A stretch of 64,000 bases of DNA from the human T2T-CHM13v2.0 reference genome, Homo sapiens: NCBI RefSeq assembly GCF_009914755.1, contig NC_060931.1. One strand, given 5' to 3'. The translations under genes and the position numbers were made by a program. This document shows, piece by piece, positions 1 through 15,013 of this stretch (position 1 is the stretch's first letter; each line of letters opens with the position of its first letter). The notes under the pieces were generated by a model. That model was not told where the DNA came from. It ran no database searches and worked only from the letters and a program-made list of their open reading frames with translations.

Positions 1-130
1 AATTTCAGGTATTTGGGTGGCTGAGGCATGAGATTTGCTTGAATGGGTGAGGCAAAGGTTGCAGTGAGCTAAGATCATGCCACTACCACCAGCTTGGGCA
101 ACTGAGAGAGTCTGTCTCAAAAAAGAAAAA
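1..130 (+). mobile_element. Alu right-arm fragment (old, AluJ-like), cut by window start
   Basis: ggctgaggca...gttgcagtgagctaagatcatgccact...gtctc followed by A-rich tail. Confidence 0.9.
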
Positions 131-619
131 GCGATGGGATTTTTAAAGTAGCACTATTAGTCACACAGAAAAGCAAATCAACTTAAGATCATTAATTAAC
201 TTGCTGAAAGTTACACAGTTAAGGCAGAGCTACCTGTTGAATCTAGATCTCTTTAATTTTAGAACTTATATCAATTATTTCATATTGTAGATATGCATTC
301 AAATTATATTTTCTTTAAATGAAGCAGCATTTATATTCTTTTGCTGCTAAAAAAATACTTAAAATTTAAGTAATAATAAAAAGTTAAAACTTTTATCGTT
401 TGTGCTCATTGATGTCAAAGTTGCTTGAGCTGAAGTTGAGTAAAGAGTTTTCGAACCAAGTGACTGGTGCTTTCAGAATGGCAGAAACCATACTGGGAAT
501 GAGGCCATCCAGGAGGAAACCCTTCTCTGTGAACATCTGAGTTTTTTTTTTTTTTTTTGTATTTTCTTTTTTTCAATTAGAGATTCAGGGATTTAAAATC
601 CCATAAATAAAAAGTCCTG

Positions 620-874
620 GGCTGGGCGTGGTGGCACACGCCTGTAATCCCAGCAATTTGGGAGGCTGAGGCGAGTGGGTCACCTGGGGTCAGGAGTTTC
701 AGACCAGCCTGGCCAACATGGCGAAACTCCATCTCTACTAAAAATATAAAAATTAGCTGGGAGGCTGAGGCAGGAGAATTGCTTGAGTCCTGGAGGCGGA
801 GGTTACAATGAGCCAAGGTTGTGCCATTGTGCCACTGCACTCCAGCCTGGGCCATACAACAAGACACTGTCTCC

Positions 875-902
<28 letters not shown>
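620..902 (+). mobile_element. Alu with about 35-bp internal deletion at start of right arm
   Basis: ggctgggcgtggtggc start, long poly(A), TSD aaaagtcctgg on both sides; aattagctgg joins directly to gaggctgagg. Confidence 0.95.
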
Positions 903-906
<4 letters not shown>

Positions 907-1494
907 TGGATATGGGTAAATAAGACTATAGAGATATTTAGCCAAAACAGCATGAGAAAGTGCATATTCTTTCTTTCACCTATATATTAGTTCCATCATT
1001 CTTCTATAATAGATCTGTAATGCATGAGGAAACTATGAAAAGCTACCATGTTAGGGGTGAAAAAAAAGGCAATCTTTCCAGATGTGGTTGCTAACAGATA
1101 ATAATAAAAAGTGAAGCCTTGAGCCAAGAAAAGCCCCAGCATGACTCAATATAGACCAAGGTTCCAGAAAGAACTAATTTCTTTCCAAACAAAGAACATG
1201 AAGTAAAGCACAGCTGATCCCTAGCTACTACATTCATTTCAGTTTTGTTTCCAACTATCTTTTCAGAGACGTTTGACACTAGCCTGTATCATTATTTATA
1301 CTATTCTAGAATATGAAATTCTAGAATATGTATACTTTCTATTTATACATAAACATTTACATTGATTTCATATATGTAATCATATTATTTTTAAAAGAGG
1401 GTATAAGGTATAATTTAGTGCTTTGTAATTCCTTATTCATTGATCAATATATATTTTTAAAAGATCAGAGGCTTTTTTTTCCAAACTTCAGATT

Positions 1495-2549
<1,055 letters not shown>

Positions 2550-2875
2550 ACAGAGTCTTTAATTTAATCTTTACTAGGTACTACAATAGTTATCATTTCT
2601 GAGTGTTTTTAGAAACATTGAGTATTTCAAGCAGTGATTTCTCCAGAGACTAAGATACATGTATCCCTACAAGCATGGACATGGATTGGGAGTGAGGAGA
2701 AGCAGAGCCTTTGGTGGGTTTTTTGTTTTGAATAAAATTGCTATTGATATTCTTCCCATTAATGTAAGCCTCAGTATCTGCCATTTATACTTATCAGATT
2801 AAATTGTCAATTTCCATTTCAGGTATACTTTAAATTCTTGATATGATTTGCAAGTGATTTTTAAAAAATTTTTAA

Positions 2876-3174
2876 TTTTGTTTTGTTTTGTTTTGAGACA
2901 GGGTCTTGCTGTGTCACCCAGGCTGGAGTGCATTGGCATGATCACCACTCACTGCAGCCTTGAACTCCTGGGCTCAAGTGATCCTTCTGCCTCAGCTTCC
3001 TGAGTAGCTGGGACTACAGGCCCACACCACCGTGCCTGGCTAATTTTGTATTTTTTGTAGAGACGAGAGTCTCACTGTTGTCCAGGTTAGTCTCAAGCTC
3101 CTGGACTTAAGCAATCTTCCCACCTCGGCCTCCCAACATGCTGGGATTACAGGCATGAGTCACTGTGCCCAGCC
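2876..3174 (-). mobile_element. Alu (AluJ-like)
   Basis: (gtttt)n tail, gagacagggtcttgct...ctcaagtgatcc...cccagcc. Confidence 0.93.
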
Positions 3175-3354
3175 TTCTTGATATCATTTTTATCTAGCTA
3201 ACATATTTTGGAATATAATGAATCACTTATGTATCTTGGAATGATTATTTTTAATTTCTTAAATTTGAAATGCTGTGATTTCAGATCCGATGGATAGAAT
3301 AGAAAAAGTGAGACTAAAAGTGTGATGGGATGACATGTAAGAGCTCTCGAAGAG

Positions 3355-3610
3355 AGAGAAAGTGTGATATTATTAAGACTTGGGTTCTGGAACGAGGCTG
3401 CTTGGGTAAAAATGCTGGTTTTGCCATTTATCAGCTATATAACTTTGGACAGGTTATTTAGCCTCTCTGAGCCATGCTATTCTCAACTATTAAATGGATA
3501 ACAATAATATACCCCTTTAGAGTTGTCATGAGGATTACAAGAATCAATACATGTTAAGTAGTTAGAATCTTGCCCTACCCTTAGTAATCATCCAATATTA
3601 TTCTTATTAT
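3355..3610 (+). mobile_element. MIR
   Basis: MIR core ttggacaggttatttagcctctctgagcc...ttgtcatgaggatta. Confidence 0.75.
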
Positions 3611-3727
3611 TAGATTACCAATAAAATTTTGTCTGAGGTTTGTACAGAACACATATGAAATTTCTGACATTCTGTCAAGTAATGTCATTTTCAGTAATTC
3701 TTCAGAAGTTTGAATGAGCTAACGCTC

Positions 3728-4150
3728 ACTCCGCATATGATATTTTTCATATCTATACCAATTCTGTATATGGCAGTCTGTGGTCTGCGTAATAATTGAT
3801 AGAAATGGATAAGCAAATGTTAAAACTCTGTTGGAAGAGGGAAGGGTGGATTTTGTCGTAACTAAATGTGGGAGGATCAAAGAGATTTTTCAGGAGGCAG
3901 AGCTAAAATTTTGCCTCTTGGCTACACAGAGGAATGTTCAGGGAGCTCTGATTTGCAGGAGGAGCAGCAGGCAGCCACAGACATCTTCAGGTTCTGCCTT
4001 TATTGGACTCTTCTGACCCTCTGTTGTAATTGAAAGTCAGGTGGAGAGAGGGCTTGTGCTGTACTCTGGAAGTCACCAATAATTCTCAGTAGTAAGTGTC
4101 ACCACTTTGATTACATAGCCTTCCTGAAATGTTGATGGCCTGGAGTTTTA
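3728..4150 (-). other. Candidate alternative first exon / regulatory block on minus strand
   Basis: Repeat-free block; minus-strand donor GGA|GTGAGC (GT at 3729-3728) 21 nt after ATG 3750-3748 (MKNIICG, G at -3); CCAAT at 4006-4002. Inference only. Confidence 0.25.
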
Positions 4151-4359
4151 CAGGTGCAGTGTATACTAAATTAGCCATGACCAGAAACAGGATGTCATTG
4201 TCATTCCTTTCAAACTACAGAGTAGTAATTTGGTAATGTGGGAACACCTGGATTTGTGCCTCCTTAAACCTGAAATAAAAGGGAGAGGAATAGTCTGAGT
4301 CAACTGTCTTTGTGACATCTGACCCATGGTCTACATTTCTTTGAAAACATTGTATTTGG

Positions 4360-4361
<2 letters not shown>

Positions 4362-4403
<42 letters not shown>
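4362..4403 (+). repeat. (AC)21 microsatellite
   Basis: pure AC run read directly. Confidence 0.97.
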
Positions 4404-4406
<3 letters not shown>

Positions 4407-4684
4407 CTTTTGTTTCTTAGAAAAGCAGCTCCTTGAGGGAGCCATTACTTTGCTGTATTATGTACAATAATGTGGGTGCTACATGAATATTAAGTACTAC
4501 TGCTAATGTTACTGGTAATTCACTGGTGAGGCATTTTGTGAGTCACCACTTACTGTGTGTTCACAATGTTCACAATGTTTGAACTTGGTTATACAAATGT
4601 ATCAAGTTATTTTTTATATGAAATTGACTATTAGGATATTTAATCATCCAAGTCAGAGTCAAGGACTGGCACTTTAAACATTTT

Positions 4685-5760
4685 TTTTTTTCCACTTTCA
4701 ATTTTGGAACAATTTGAAAATTGAAGAAAAGTTGAAAGAATCATACAAAAAAAGGTATGTATACCCTTCATGCAGAGACCTCATCCAGGGTTGGCCAGTT
4801 GTTTTAATAATGTCCTTTATGGTAAAGGGATGTAGTCCAGAATTAGTATGGTATCTGGTTGTCTCATATTGGAACAGTTTCTTCCTCCTTCCTTTCATGG
4901 CCATGTCATATTTGAAAATTATAAGTCAGTTGTTTTGGAAACTGTCCCTGAATTTGGGTTTATCTAATGTTTCCTCGTAATTATTTTCAGGTAATGCATT
5001 TTTTTGACAAAATTTCACAGAAGTGACGCTTTGCTACTTTCCTTGCATCCTATCATGTGGCACATGGTGTCAATGTTTCCCATTACTAGTGATGTTAACT
5101 TTGATCGTTTAAATAAGGTGGCTTCTGTGAGGGTTCTCTATTGTAAAGGTACAATGTTTTTATACATTTTGGAATGAGTAATTACTTTGTGGGGAGAAAT
5201 TTTGAGACTGTAAAATTCTGTTCCTCCACCTACTTTTACCCATTAGTTTTAGCATTCATTGCTATGTCTTGCCTGATTATTGCTATATTGGTTGAAAAAT
5301 GTTGATTTTCTAATGCTTTCACTCCTTCTACATTATTTAGTATTAAACTCCCCATTTATTTATCTTTATCATAGAGGACTCATGAATTCCTATTTTATTC
5401 AATGTACTATAATTCAGTACTATCATCATTTCTTTTGATGCTCAAAAAAAATAAAAATAAAAATAAATAAATAAAAATAGATTTGACCAGTAGGAGTAAG
5501 CCCTTTTCCAGGTTGGCTTCTGTGTACTTTTGACATGTTCTCATTATTCTTTCAGCACTTCATTACTTCCTGGCACAATCAGATGATTTATGTTCATTTG
5601 TTCTTTCCTTGTCCCAGTCCTGAGATCAGCCATTCCTCCAAGAAGCCCTGTTTCTTTCAGTAGAGTGGCATTTAGAAATCAAGATCTGAGTACTTGATAT
5701 GCTAAAAGGATACTGCTCCTTCTAGGCCTTCCTCAGTGGAAAAATAATTTCTATACATGC
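4685..5760 (-). mobile_element. Old L1 (L1MC/L1ME-like) 3' UTR fragment
   Basis: gaagaaaagttgaaagaa; ggcttctgtgtacttttgacatg; cagccattcctccaagaagccctg...gaaatcaagatctg. Confidence 0.7.
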
Positions 5761-6246
5761 ATATTGCTATTGCTCTATTTCCTTCTCTCTTTTTCTCTCC
5801 CTCACATATTTGTATGTGTGCATGTGTGTGTATGTGTATCTACCTACCTATATATTTATATATACACAAATATACTTATTTATGAGTACACACCAACACC
5901 TCCAATTCCTATTTCCTGTCACCACAGACTTTATTATAGTTTTATTCCTTGTCATATTCATATATTCCTTCTCTGACAGTAAGATGATGACGGCTTCCAT
6001 TATCTTACTGTATTAATTGCTCAATCCCCCCATATGTAGTTAATCTACCAAGCTTGCTAGACTGACTTCCTACCTAATTGCTTTTTCAACGAATAGTAAG
6101 TAAAGGACAAAGTAAAGGGTGGAATGAAAGAGGAGGAAGAAAGAAAGAGAATAACACATTTTGAAATCTAAATTAAAATTTAAAGGTAGATTTTTGCATG
6201 TTTTATATGTATAGAAGTAAGGTTCTGGGAATCGAGTTTATTCTTA

Positions 6247-6564
<318 letters not shown>

Positions 6565-7896
6565 TCTTGAAAATACATCCTAATATTTTGTCTTTATATA
6601 TTCACACATTAACAAGCATTAGGCATACAAAGGTGAATGAGACAAAGTCTGCAGAGTTCAGATATGATAAAACAAGCAGACAGGTTAAAATATTAATAAT
6701 TCCTATAATAGTAGAAGAGTTATCGTAGAGGAATACAAAGAGTTTCAGGAAGAAACTGAGCTACACTATAACACAGAAGAGACCAATAGATTTTGCATAA
6801 GCAGCAGAATGATTTCTCTTCATTAAGAGTAATGATCCACATGCTAAAGGTTAATTTCTAGTTGGTCTTCTGAATTCTGGCTTTTTCTTAACTCTTTTCT
6901 TCTGCTTTAGTCATCCTATAGAGGACCAGAAAAAATTAGACACAGTGAAATCTCTCTTCATGGTCAGGACAGTTACTGAGCAACAGGAAACACAACTATT
7001 CCTTATAGGCCTGGTGCCCTGTTTTTTTCCAGCCCTCAGGTTGGGAGCCTTTCGCATATTTTGCATATAACCTCTGACTTTGCAATGGAACGGAATTTTA
7101 TTATATTTAATACCATATAATTTTTTTAGTACTGTATTTTTTGGTGGCTTTTAAAGCCACTATTCAAAATCTTTATATTACCCAATACTGCCAATATTCT
7201 AAAATTCTTGTGCAAATAAATTGTGTCATTATGTACAGTTAATGGACTTAGTAGGCAAATCAATTTTTATTTTTTTGGTTAAAGGGCTCTCCATTGTGTA
7301 AGTGCCTTTAAAACATGCTTATTAGTTAAGCATCTCAACAATGTGGAATGTGGGTTGGTTTTATCACTCTCCAATTAAAAGTTATTGCTCCATAACTTCC
7401 AAGAAAGGAAGTTAGGCACTTGGAGAAATTGGTTCAGTATTACATTGTGCAAATAGAATAAATAAATCCAGACTACTGATTCTCAACCTGTTTTCTGCCC
7501 TAAATCATCAGAGAGATAAATAGATTCTCTGTTGTAATAACTGAGTCTCAGATTCTAGCTCAGGAAGCCATTATGCCTTCTCAGTACTGGCCTTCTAAAA
7601 CTTGATATGTTCAATTTTCAAAGAAAATCAATTTAGAAAGAAAAAATATGCTTTGAGATGATAAAAAAGGGAATAGTCATGTAATACAAAATCCACTAAA
7701 GCTACATTTCTCTATGCCTTATAGAAATGGACAATTATTTAAATATTAAAACATACCACTACCCCAATTATATATTTTATAATATAAAAATACTTCTTAA
7801 ACTAAGTAGTAGTATTACTACTGAAATCATCTGTGTATATTTGATATGGGACATGGATAATGGGTCACATCTTGACAAGCATTTCAGGCCTATTGA

Positions 7897-8310
<414 letters not shown>

Positions 8311-8460
8311 TAGGCAATTCATGTAAACTCAAAATGTTTGAATAGCCACACGAACGACTTCAGCTTGGCAGTCCCTTTGTCTCTAGGTTTCTGCTCGTTT
8401 CTATGTATCTAGAAATTCTGCCTCAGTCAACGTCTTGGACTCCTATCTTAGTGTAGGTAG

Positions 8461-9026
<566 letters not shown>

Positions 9027-10276
9027 TGTTCATTCTTTTAAGGCCTTCATTTTATTCCTGTTGGTTTCACTCACAACTGATAAAAAAGGTAAATGTCGTG
9101 TGAGTAGATAAAAATTTTTGAAAATTTGTTTTCAAAGTTGTTAAAGGAAAATACTCTTCTGAGTGTTTCCGTTCTGGATTGTTATTAGTAAGAAAAATAT
9201 TTTCACAATGATACTATCAAGCATAAAATTCAGCAAATTATAATACTACCCTTATTACACAGTCTCAGGAAAAAAGGTAATAAGTATTATTTTGCATTTA
9301 GTGATAGAAATATTAAGGCTCACAATAACAATTGATTTTAAAATAATGATTAATTTTCCAGCTAAAGTTGTCATTTGACAAGCATTTACTGAAAGTACTT
9401 GAGAAAACGACAGCAGTAATTATAGCAGTAATAAAGCATAGCAGGCTAGACTTGCCTCTGTAATGCTCATGACTCTTGTGTAATGTAGATAATTAGCAAA
9501 CTATCGAAACCACTGGAGGAACATCCTGTAACATGGTTAGGGAGACCTTTGTCCTCAGATTTGTTAGCTAATGACATTGTATAAGGATTTGGCAAGTAAT
9601 TGAATTCTGTTGACTCTTAAATGTTTGGTAATGTATAGTTAAAACTATAAAGTCTGACAGAGGACATGGAGTTGGTACCTTTTCTTTTAAATTTTTCACA
9701 GCAATCTTCCAGTATGTTCTTATCTTCCTTGGAAAACCTAGTGTGTCTGTCTCCCAGCAGGTGAAATGAAATGACAATAGACTTTCATTTTGAAATTCAG
9801 CAATTTCGTAAGCTTATTGAAATTTTGTTTATCATTTGCTAAACTTTACTGGTATAAATATTACATGGCAGAAATAAAATTATAAGTTGTACATTAGTTT
9901 ATTCATTTAAACTTTTGTAACACAAAGATCAAGAAACATAACATATTCTGTATTTCTGCCAACAAATATCTAAAATCATTATATTTTAAGTTACAATATC
10001 TGCAATCATAATAAATATAGGTCTTTTAAAATATAAAAATTTGAGGCATAAAAGTAATATGATATGTTCCAAGTCACAATGGCAGTAAATATAAATGCTA
10101 AACTGAAATATGAAAATCTAGTTGAGGATTTGCTTAGAGTAAGTTTGTAAAATTTGTTTTGAAGAAAGAAAAACAGATTGAAAGTATTTCTTTTTAATAT
10201 GGTTTCAATTTAATTTAAAAACAATGCAACAAAGCCATTCTTATGTACACACATAGCCATTAAAGATGTTCCTAGC

Positions 10277-10503
10277 ACAAAGATTCTCAAATGTTCCTAG
10301 TTCATTCCACCCTTAATATCTGGTAATTTTTTCATGGTGACTCTAGGAAAATAGGAATACCTCATTCGTTTATTAAGTAGTTAGGCCCAAATTTAGTAGT
10401 AGCGGTTTGTGTAGTGTCTGACTGATATTTCTGTGTTCCCCTAAAAATTTAAAAACACTATAACACTCCTGTGGGTTCACGGTATCATGATTGGGAACCA
10501 CGG
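10277..10503. mobile_element. Possible old hAT/Charlie-type MITE
   Basis: ends cacaaagattctcaaa / ttgggaaccacgg resemble MER5-type termini, tcctagc on both flanks. Confidence 0.35.
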
Positions 10504-10532
10504 TCCTAGCAGCATTAAGAGTGTGTGTGTAT

Positions 10533-11087
10533 TGTAGGGGAGAAAAAATAGTTTTACTCTACTTATTTTAGGTTCAGTGCTCGAGACCCCTGTATCAAAC
10601 GAAAGACTAACAAGCAAAAAGCATACACATTTATTTAATATCAGTTTTCCGTGACAAGGGAACCTTCAGAAGGAAATGAAAACTCAATAAACAGTTTTAA
10701 ACTTGAGTGTTTTTCCATAGTAGGTTTGATGAAGAGTGGAAAGTCATGGAGAAATATGATAGGACAAAGGGGATATGAGCTACATGTAATGAGCTGGGAG
10801 AAACTTGTCAAGGCTTATTTGTTCAGATTACTCTCTGTGACTCTGTGTCCTTGGAGATAAGGATATTCCTTTCCTCCAGGAATAGGGAAGCACCTCTCAC
10901 ATAAGGATCTTATGCACTGCTTCAAGGGAAGGTCAGAACATGCTTCCTAGGTTTTATGATCTGCTTCAGGGGAGAAGGGAGGCGGAACTTCACAGAGACC
11001 TTCCTGCTTATGCTATTTTCTCAAATTCCTTCAGCTTAAAATATTCAATATGCCAAGGTGCCATATTTTGGGGTAGTGTGTCCTGAT
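10533..11087 (-). mobile_element. Solo LTR, ERV1 class (MER4-group-like; subfamily not determined)
   Basis: starts tgtagggga; ends aaaatattcaatatgccaaggtgccatattttggggtagtgtgtcctga, typical of antisense MER4-group LTRs. Confidence 0.7.
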
Positions 11088-11259
11088 GTGTGTCTCTCTC
11101 TCTCCTGAACTCTCTTATCTATCCATCCAGCCATCCTTCCACATCCACACACACACACACATATAAATCAGTCTCCTGCATTTTTATTTGCTAAGTAAAA
11201 TTACATTCTGTTGTAATTTTCTCCTTGCACTTACCATGACTTGATATTTTCTTGTTTAC

Positions 11260-11415
11260 TTAGTTGTTTATGTGTTTAATGTTTGTCTTCCTTCACTGGG
11301 CTATGGGGTCCAAGAGAGCAGGAAAGTTTTCTGCCTTGTTCCCCACTGTATTCCTAGAACCTAAAACACTGCCTAGTGTATACTACATATTCAGTACACA
11401 CTGTTTGGGTGAATA
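11260..11415 (+). mobile_element. L2 3' end
   Basis: ttgttccccactgtattcctagaacctaaaacactgcct...tgaata. Confidence 0.7.
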
Positions 11416-12390
11416 CACATCTTCCAAAGACAAATGTTCATTCTCAAGGACAGTACATTGTAGATAGAAATATTCTCTAACTTCCATATACTTTGTAAGA
11501 AACTTCACCTTTCTTGGAGTTCTATTATCACATAATTATAGACAGTGCAGTTTATCTTTTACTGCTCCCAATTGTGCCCTTCAGAACATTTAGAAAAGGA
11601 GTCATGTAATCTAGTTATACAAAGAAAAGCTTTGAAATAAATCGCTGTCCAACAAAAACCACACACACAAACACACATACACAAAACCCACTCTATTACA
11701 TTTAGTAATCTTGGTGAAGGGAAGGGAAGTCATATATTTTACCAATTATAGGTATTTTAACCTTTTGTTTTCAAAACTATAATAAAAATATTCAATAGTG
11801 TATTGAATTTTAATTTGCAGGAGACTATCAACATATTAGGTTGCTTTGGGGTTAACTTTATAAATTTTTTTTCGCAAAAATCTCACAATAAAGCTTCTGC
11901 TAACTGTCCATGCATATTTTGAACTTTTTTGGAAATGTATTATATGTAATTTAATGAATTAAATTTTAAAAATGTGTTCTTAAGTTACTGGACTTTTTAG
12001 TAGTTTCAGGAAAGGTAAATCAATATAGTGTTTCTGGTTTATCCTAGTGAATGATTTTTTTTTTCTGAATATGTGTTTCCTTGGAATTTAAGTTCCACAG
12101 ATCATTGATATGTATAGTCTTTTTCACAAGAAGTTTACACATTTTTTTGGTGATGGTGGCTAAGTGGTCTTTAGGCAAAATGATCTGATGAAATTAAAAT
12201 TGAGCAATTAGGAGGGGAATCTATTCAATATGGACTGATTATGAAAAATTCAGACCCCTTTTTCTTAATTTTCAGGGATCAGAGGGTTTTAAATTATATA
12301 AGTTTCTAAACATGTATTCTGTTTATTGAGATGAAGCCTAAATTGGTGGTGGCAGTGGGGGCTGTGTGTGAATAGAAACAGAAAAAGCCT

Positions 12391-13000
12391 ACCATTGACG
12401 CCTTTGATAGATTTTAACTGTCCAATTAATTTGCGTACATGAAATGTGTAACATACCAATATTTTGCTCCCGGCACACAGATCTCCAGTGGACATCGACA
12501 ATCAAAGCTTCTATGATTATTTCACAATATTCAGCAATCCACCCAATGCTAACTGGGATGTTTGATTTTGCAGCCTCTTTCAGAGCAGTTGCTAAAAGTG
12601 GCTCCACATCATAAGAGGGCTTCCCTCCCTCAATCCATGAGAGCAACTAGGTTTTGCATCAGTGAAAGGAAGAAAAAGCAGGAGTTTGGCAAGAGGCTGC
12701 AAAGAGACGGCACTGGGCTCCACTAGAGTTCCTTCCCACCGCGTTTCTCATCCTGTCTTCTGCCTAGTGGATATGTCTGCGTGGGCGTGCACACACATTG
12801 GCTGATGAAACCCCCTTCCTGTTGCACAGGGTCAGAACTAAGCGAGGTGGGTGTAGCTTTGGAGGGTTCTGAAATCTAAGAACCAGCTTCCTTTCCCACC
12901 GCTTTCCGCTGAGTCAGTTCACTGCAGAGTGCTCTGCAGGATCTGGAGGCCTTTGTGTTCAGATTATTTTACTAGCTACAAAAGCCACACCCTTGTGCTA
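12391..13000 (-). promoter_or_regulatory. Putative promoter and long first exon / 5' UTR of a minus-strand gene
   Basis: Repeat-free, locally CpG-retaining. AP-1/ARE TGAGTCA 12910-12916 (TGACTCAGC on minus), EGR GCGTGGGCG 12779-12787, CCAAT 12801-12797, ETS core CAGGAAG on minus at about 12815-12821, two GTGGGAA. Minus-strand donor ATG|GTAGGC with GT at 12392-12391. Confidence 0.55.
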
Positions 13001-13314
13001 CACAAACAGAACACTTTGTCCTTCCAGGAGGTCCGTAGTTTGACCACAGTTCTGGGATTTCAAAGCTGCCTCACAGAGGCTTGCCTATTGTAATGTAAAG
13101 TGTTGAGCTGAGTGACTGTCCCTGTGTTATAATGCAGCTTCACAACTGCTGGTTTAATGGCTTACGGTGCTAGTGGGGCTTTGAACAACAGACCCTGTCA
13201 TTTAAAACAGGCTCAGAAATCCATTTATTACCAAAAAAAATTTCAATGACAGTGAGAAAAAAATGGAATAATGCTTTTTGATTTAGAAAAAATCTATTCA
13301 TTTATTTTTTATGT

Positions 13315-13440
13315 TTCATTTATTTATTTTAGACAGGGGGCCTCACTATGTTGCCCAGGCTGGCTCAAACTCCGGTCTCCAAACCATCCCCTTGCCTCAG
13401 CCTCCCAAGTAGCTGGAACCACAGGGGCGCATACACCTAC
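13315..13440 (-). mobile_element. Alu monomer (FLAM-like)
   Basis: agacagg...ctcactatgttgcccaggctgg...cctcagcctcccaagtagctgg. Confidence 0.8.
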
Positions 13441-13493
13441 CTACTCTTTCTTTTTTTTTAAAAACAAAACAAACCCCACACATCCATGTATAG

Positions 13494-13524
13494 CACACAC
13501 ACACGCACACACACACACACACAT
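13494..13524 (+). repeat. Imperfect (CA)n
   Basis: cacacacacacgcacacacacacacacaca. Confidence 0.9.
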
Positions 13525-13764
13525 ATATACGGTCAGTAAATGACCATTGGTGCACAGGCAGCTGTAGGAAAGAAGTGGTGTAGCGGAAGGATGGCTGAAT
13601 TTGGACACTGAGCTTCAGTTGGCAGCGTAAGTCCCCTGCCTTCCAGCCTGGGAGCAATCATCTTCATGAGATTTTAATTGTATTCCTGTTCTCCTCAAAC
13701 CCTGTTACAGACTCAAATGCATCTTACATAATTATTACATTTTGAATTCAAATAACTATAAATA

Positions 13765-13990
13765 ACTGCCTTTTACTGAATGGTGATTACATGCACTATA
13801 CTAAATGCTATGCTCATTTTCTCATTTTATTCTCAGCATCACTTTATGAAGTCACTTCTGTAATCCTCTTTTCACTAATGAGGGAAGAGAGGCTTAGAGA
13901 TGTTAAATCTCTAGACATGGCCACACTGTTAATAATGGGGAGAACAGAGCTTCTAGCAAGATCTGGTAGTCTCCAGAGTTCAAGATTGCA
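13765..13990 (-). mobile_element. MIR
   Basis: atgagggaagagaggcttagagatgttaa...ggccacactg, antisense MIR core. Confidence 0.7.
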
Positions 13991-14697
13991 TCTGCTAAGA
14001 AACGTGGCCCATTAATTACAGCAGCCTTAGCATAAAGTAGGGCTTGGAGGCCAGTCTGGTCAAACTAGGGGGTCAGAAGACTTGCTTTGAAGTGCTGACT
14101 TAGGAAGCACGTTGTTTTTATTTAGATGGTGTAGGGGAAGTGCTGATAAATATTACCGGACAAGTAAGCACCTCTCTCCACTGGCCCAACAAGCTCTCTC
14201 CCACATACGCTTGGCACAATCACCATTGCCTCTTTTATTGCTTTGCAACAGTTTTCATAAAATTATTTGGGGATCATTTTTGCTCCAGCTGTGCAGACCT
14301 CTTTTAAGTCTTCCTTTTTGCATTCAGACCCCCTCCCTGGAATGGACATTCATTATCATCCATCAAACAATATCCTAACTCTTCTTCAAAGTGACTCTCA
14401 GAAAACATTCATGATGACATTTCTTTTTAGAATCTCACACCTAGACTAATCTACACCTACCAATTTTAGTTATTACAAAAAACTGTTGTAAAACAACCTG
14501 CTCCTACCCTTTCGTTTGTTTGTTTTCTTCTTTTTCTTTTTGATACGGGGTCTCGCTTTGTCACCCCGTACCAGGCTGGAGTGCCATGGTACAATCATAG
14601 CTCACTGAAAACTCAAACTCTGTGGCTCAAGTGATCCTCCTGCCTCAGCCTTCCAAGTAACTAGATCTATAAGCACGCACCACCACACCTGGCTACC

Positions 14698-14927
14698 CAG
14701 CTAATATATGTGTGTGTATAGATGGATGTATCTTTTTTGTAAATATATTTTGTCTGTTTGTAGAGACAGCTGTATAGACAGCTAATATATGTGTGTGTAT
14801 AGACGGATGTATCTTTTTTGTAAATATATTTTGTCTGTTTGTAGAGATAGCTGTATAGACAGCTAATATATGTGTGTGTATAGATGGATGTATCTTTTTT
14901 GTAAATATATTTTGTCTGTTTGTAGAG
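14698..14927. repeat. 81-bp tandem repeat, about 2.8 copies
   Basis: cagctaatatatgtgtgtgtatag... recurs at 14698, 14779 and 14860. Confidence 0.95.
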
Positions 14928-14938
14928 CCTGTTTGTAA

Positions 14939-15013
14939 AACAGGAAGGGGGGTTCATCAGCCAATGTGTGTGCACGTCCACACAGACACATCCACTAGGC
15001 ATAAGACAGGATG
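14939..15013. repeat. 75-bp inverted copy of 12749-12823
   Basis: 70/75 identical to the reverse complement of 12749-12823, no gaps. Confidence 0.95.

Noticed and set aside
393-536. 47-codon minus-strand ORF (MFTEKGFLLDG...)
   Set aside because: Short, no recognisable homology, no polypyrimidine acceptor or promoter support
12389-12646. 85-codon minus-strand ORF as a standalone CDS
   Set aside because: Starts at TTG and resembles no protein I recognise; kept only as a possible frame of the candidate exon
14698-14927. CRISPR-like array
   Set aside because: Head-to-tail units with no unique spacers, eukaryotic Alu context, no cas genes
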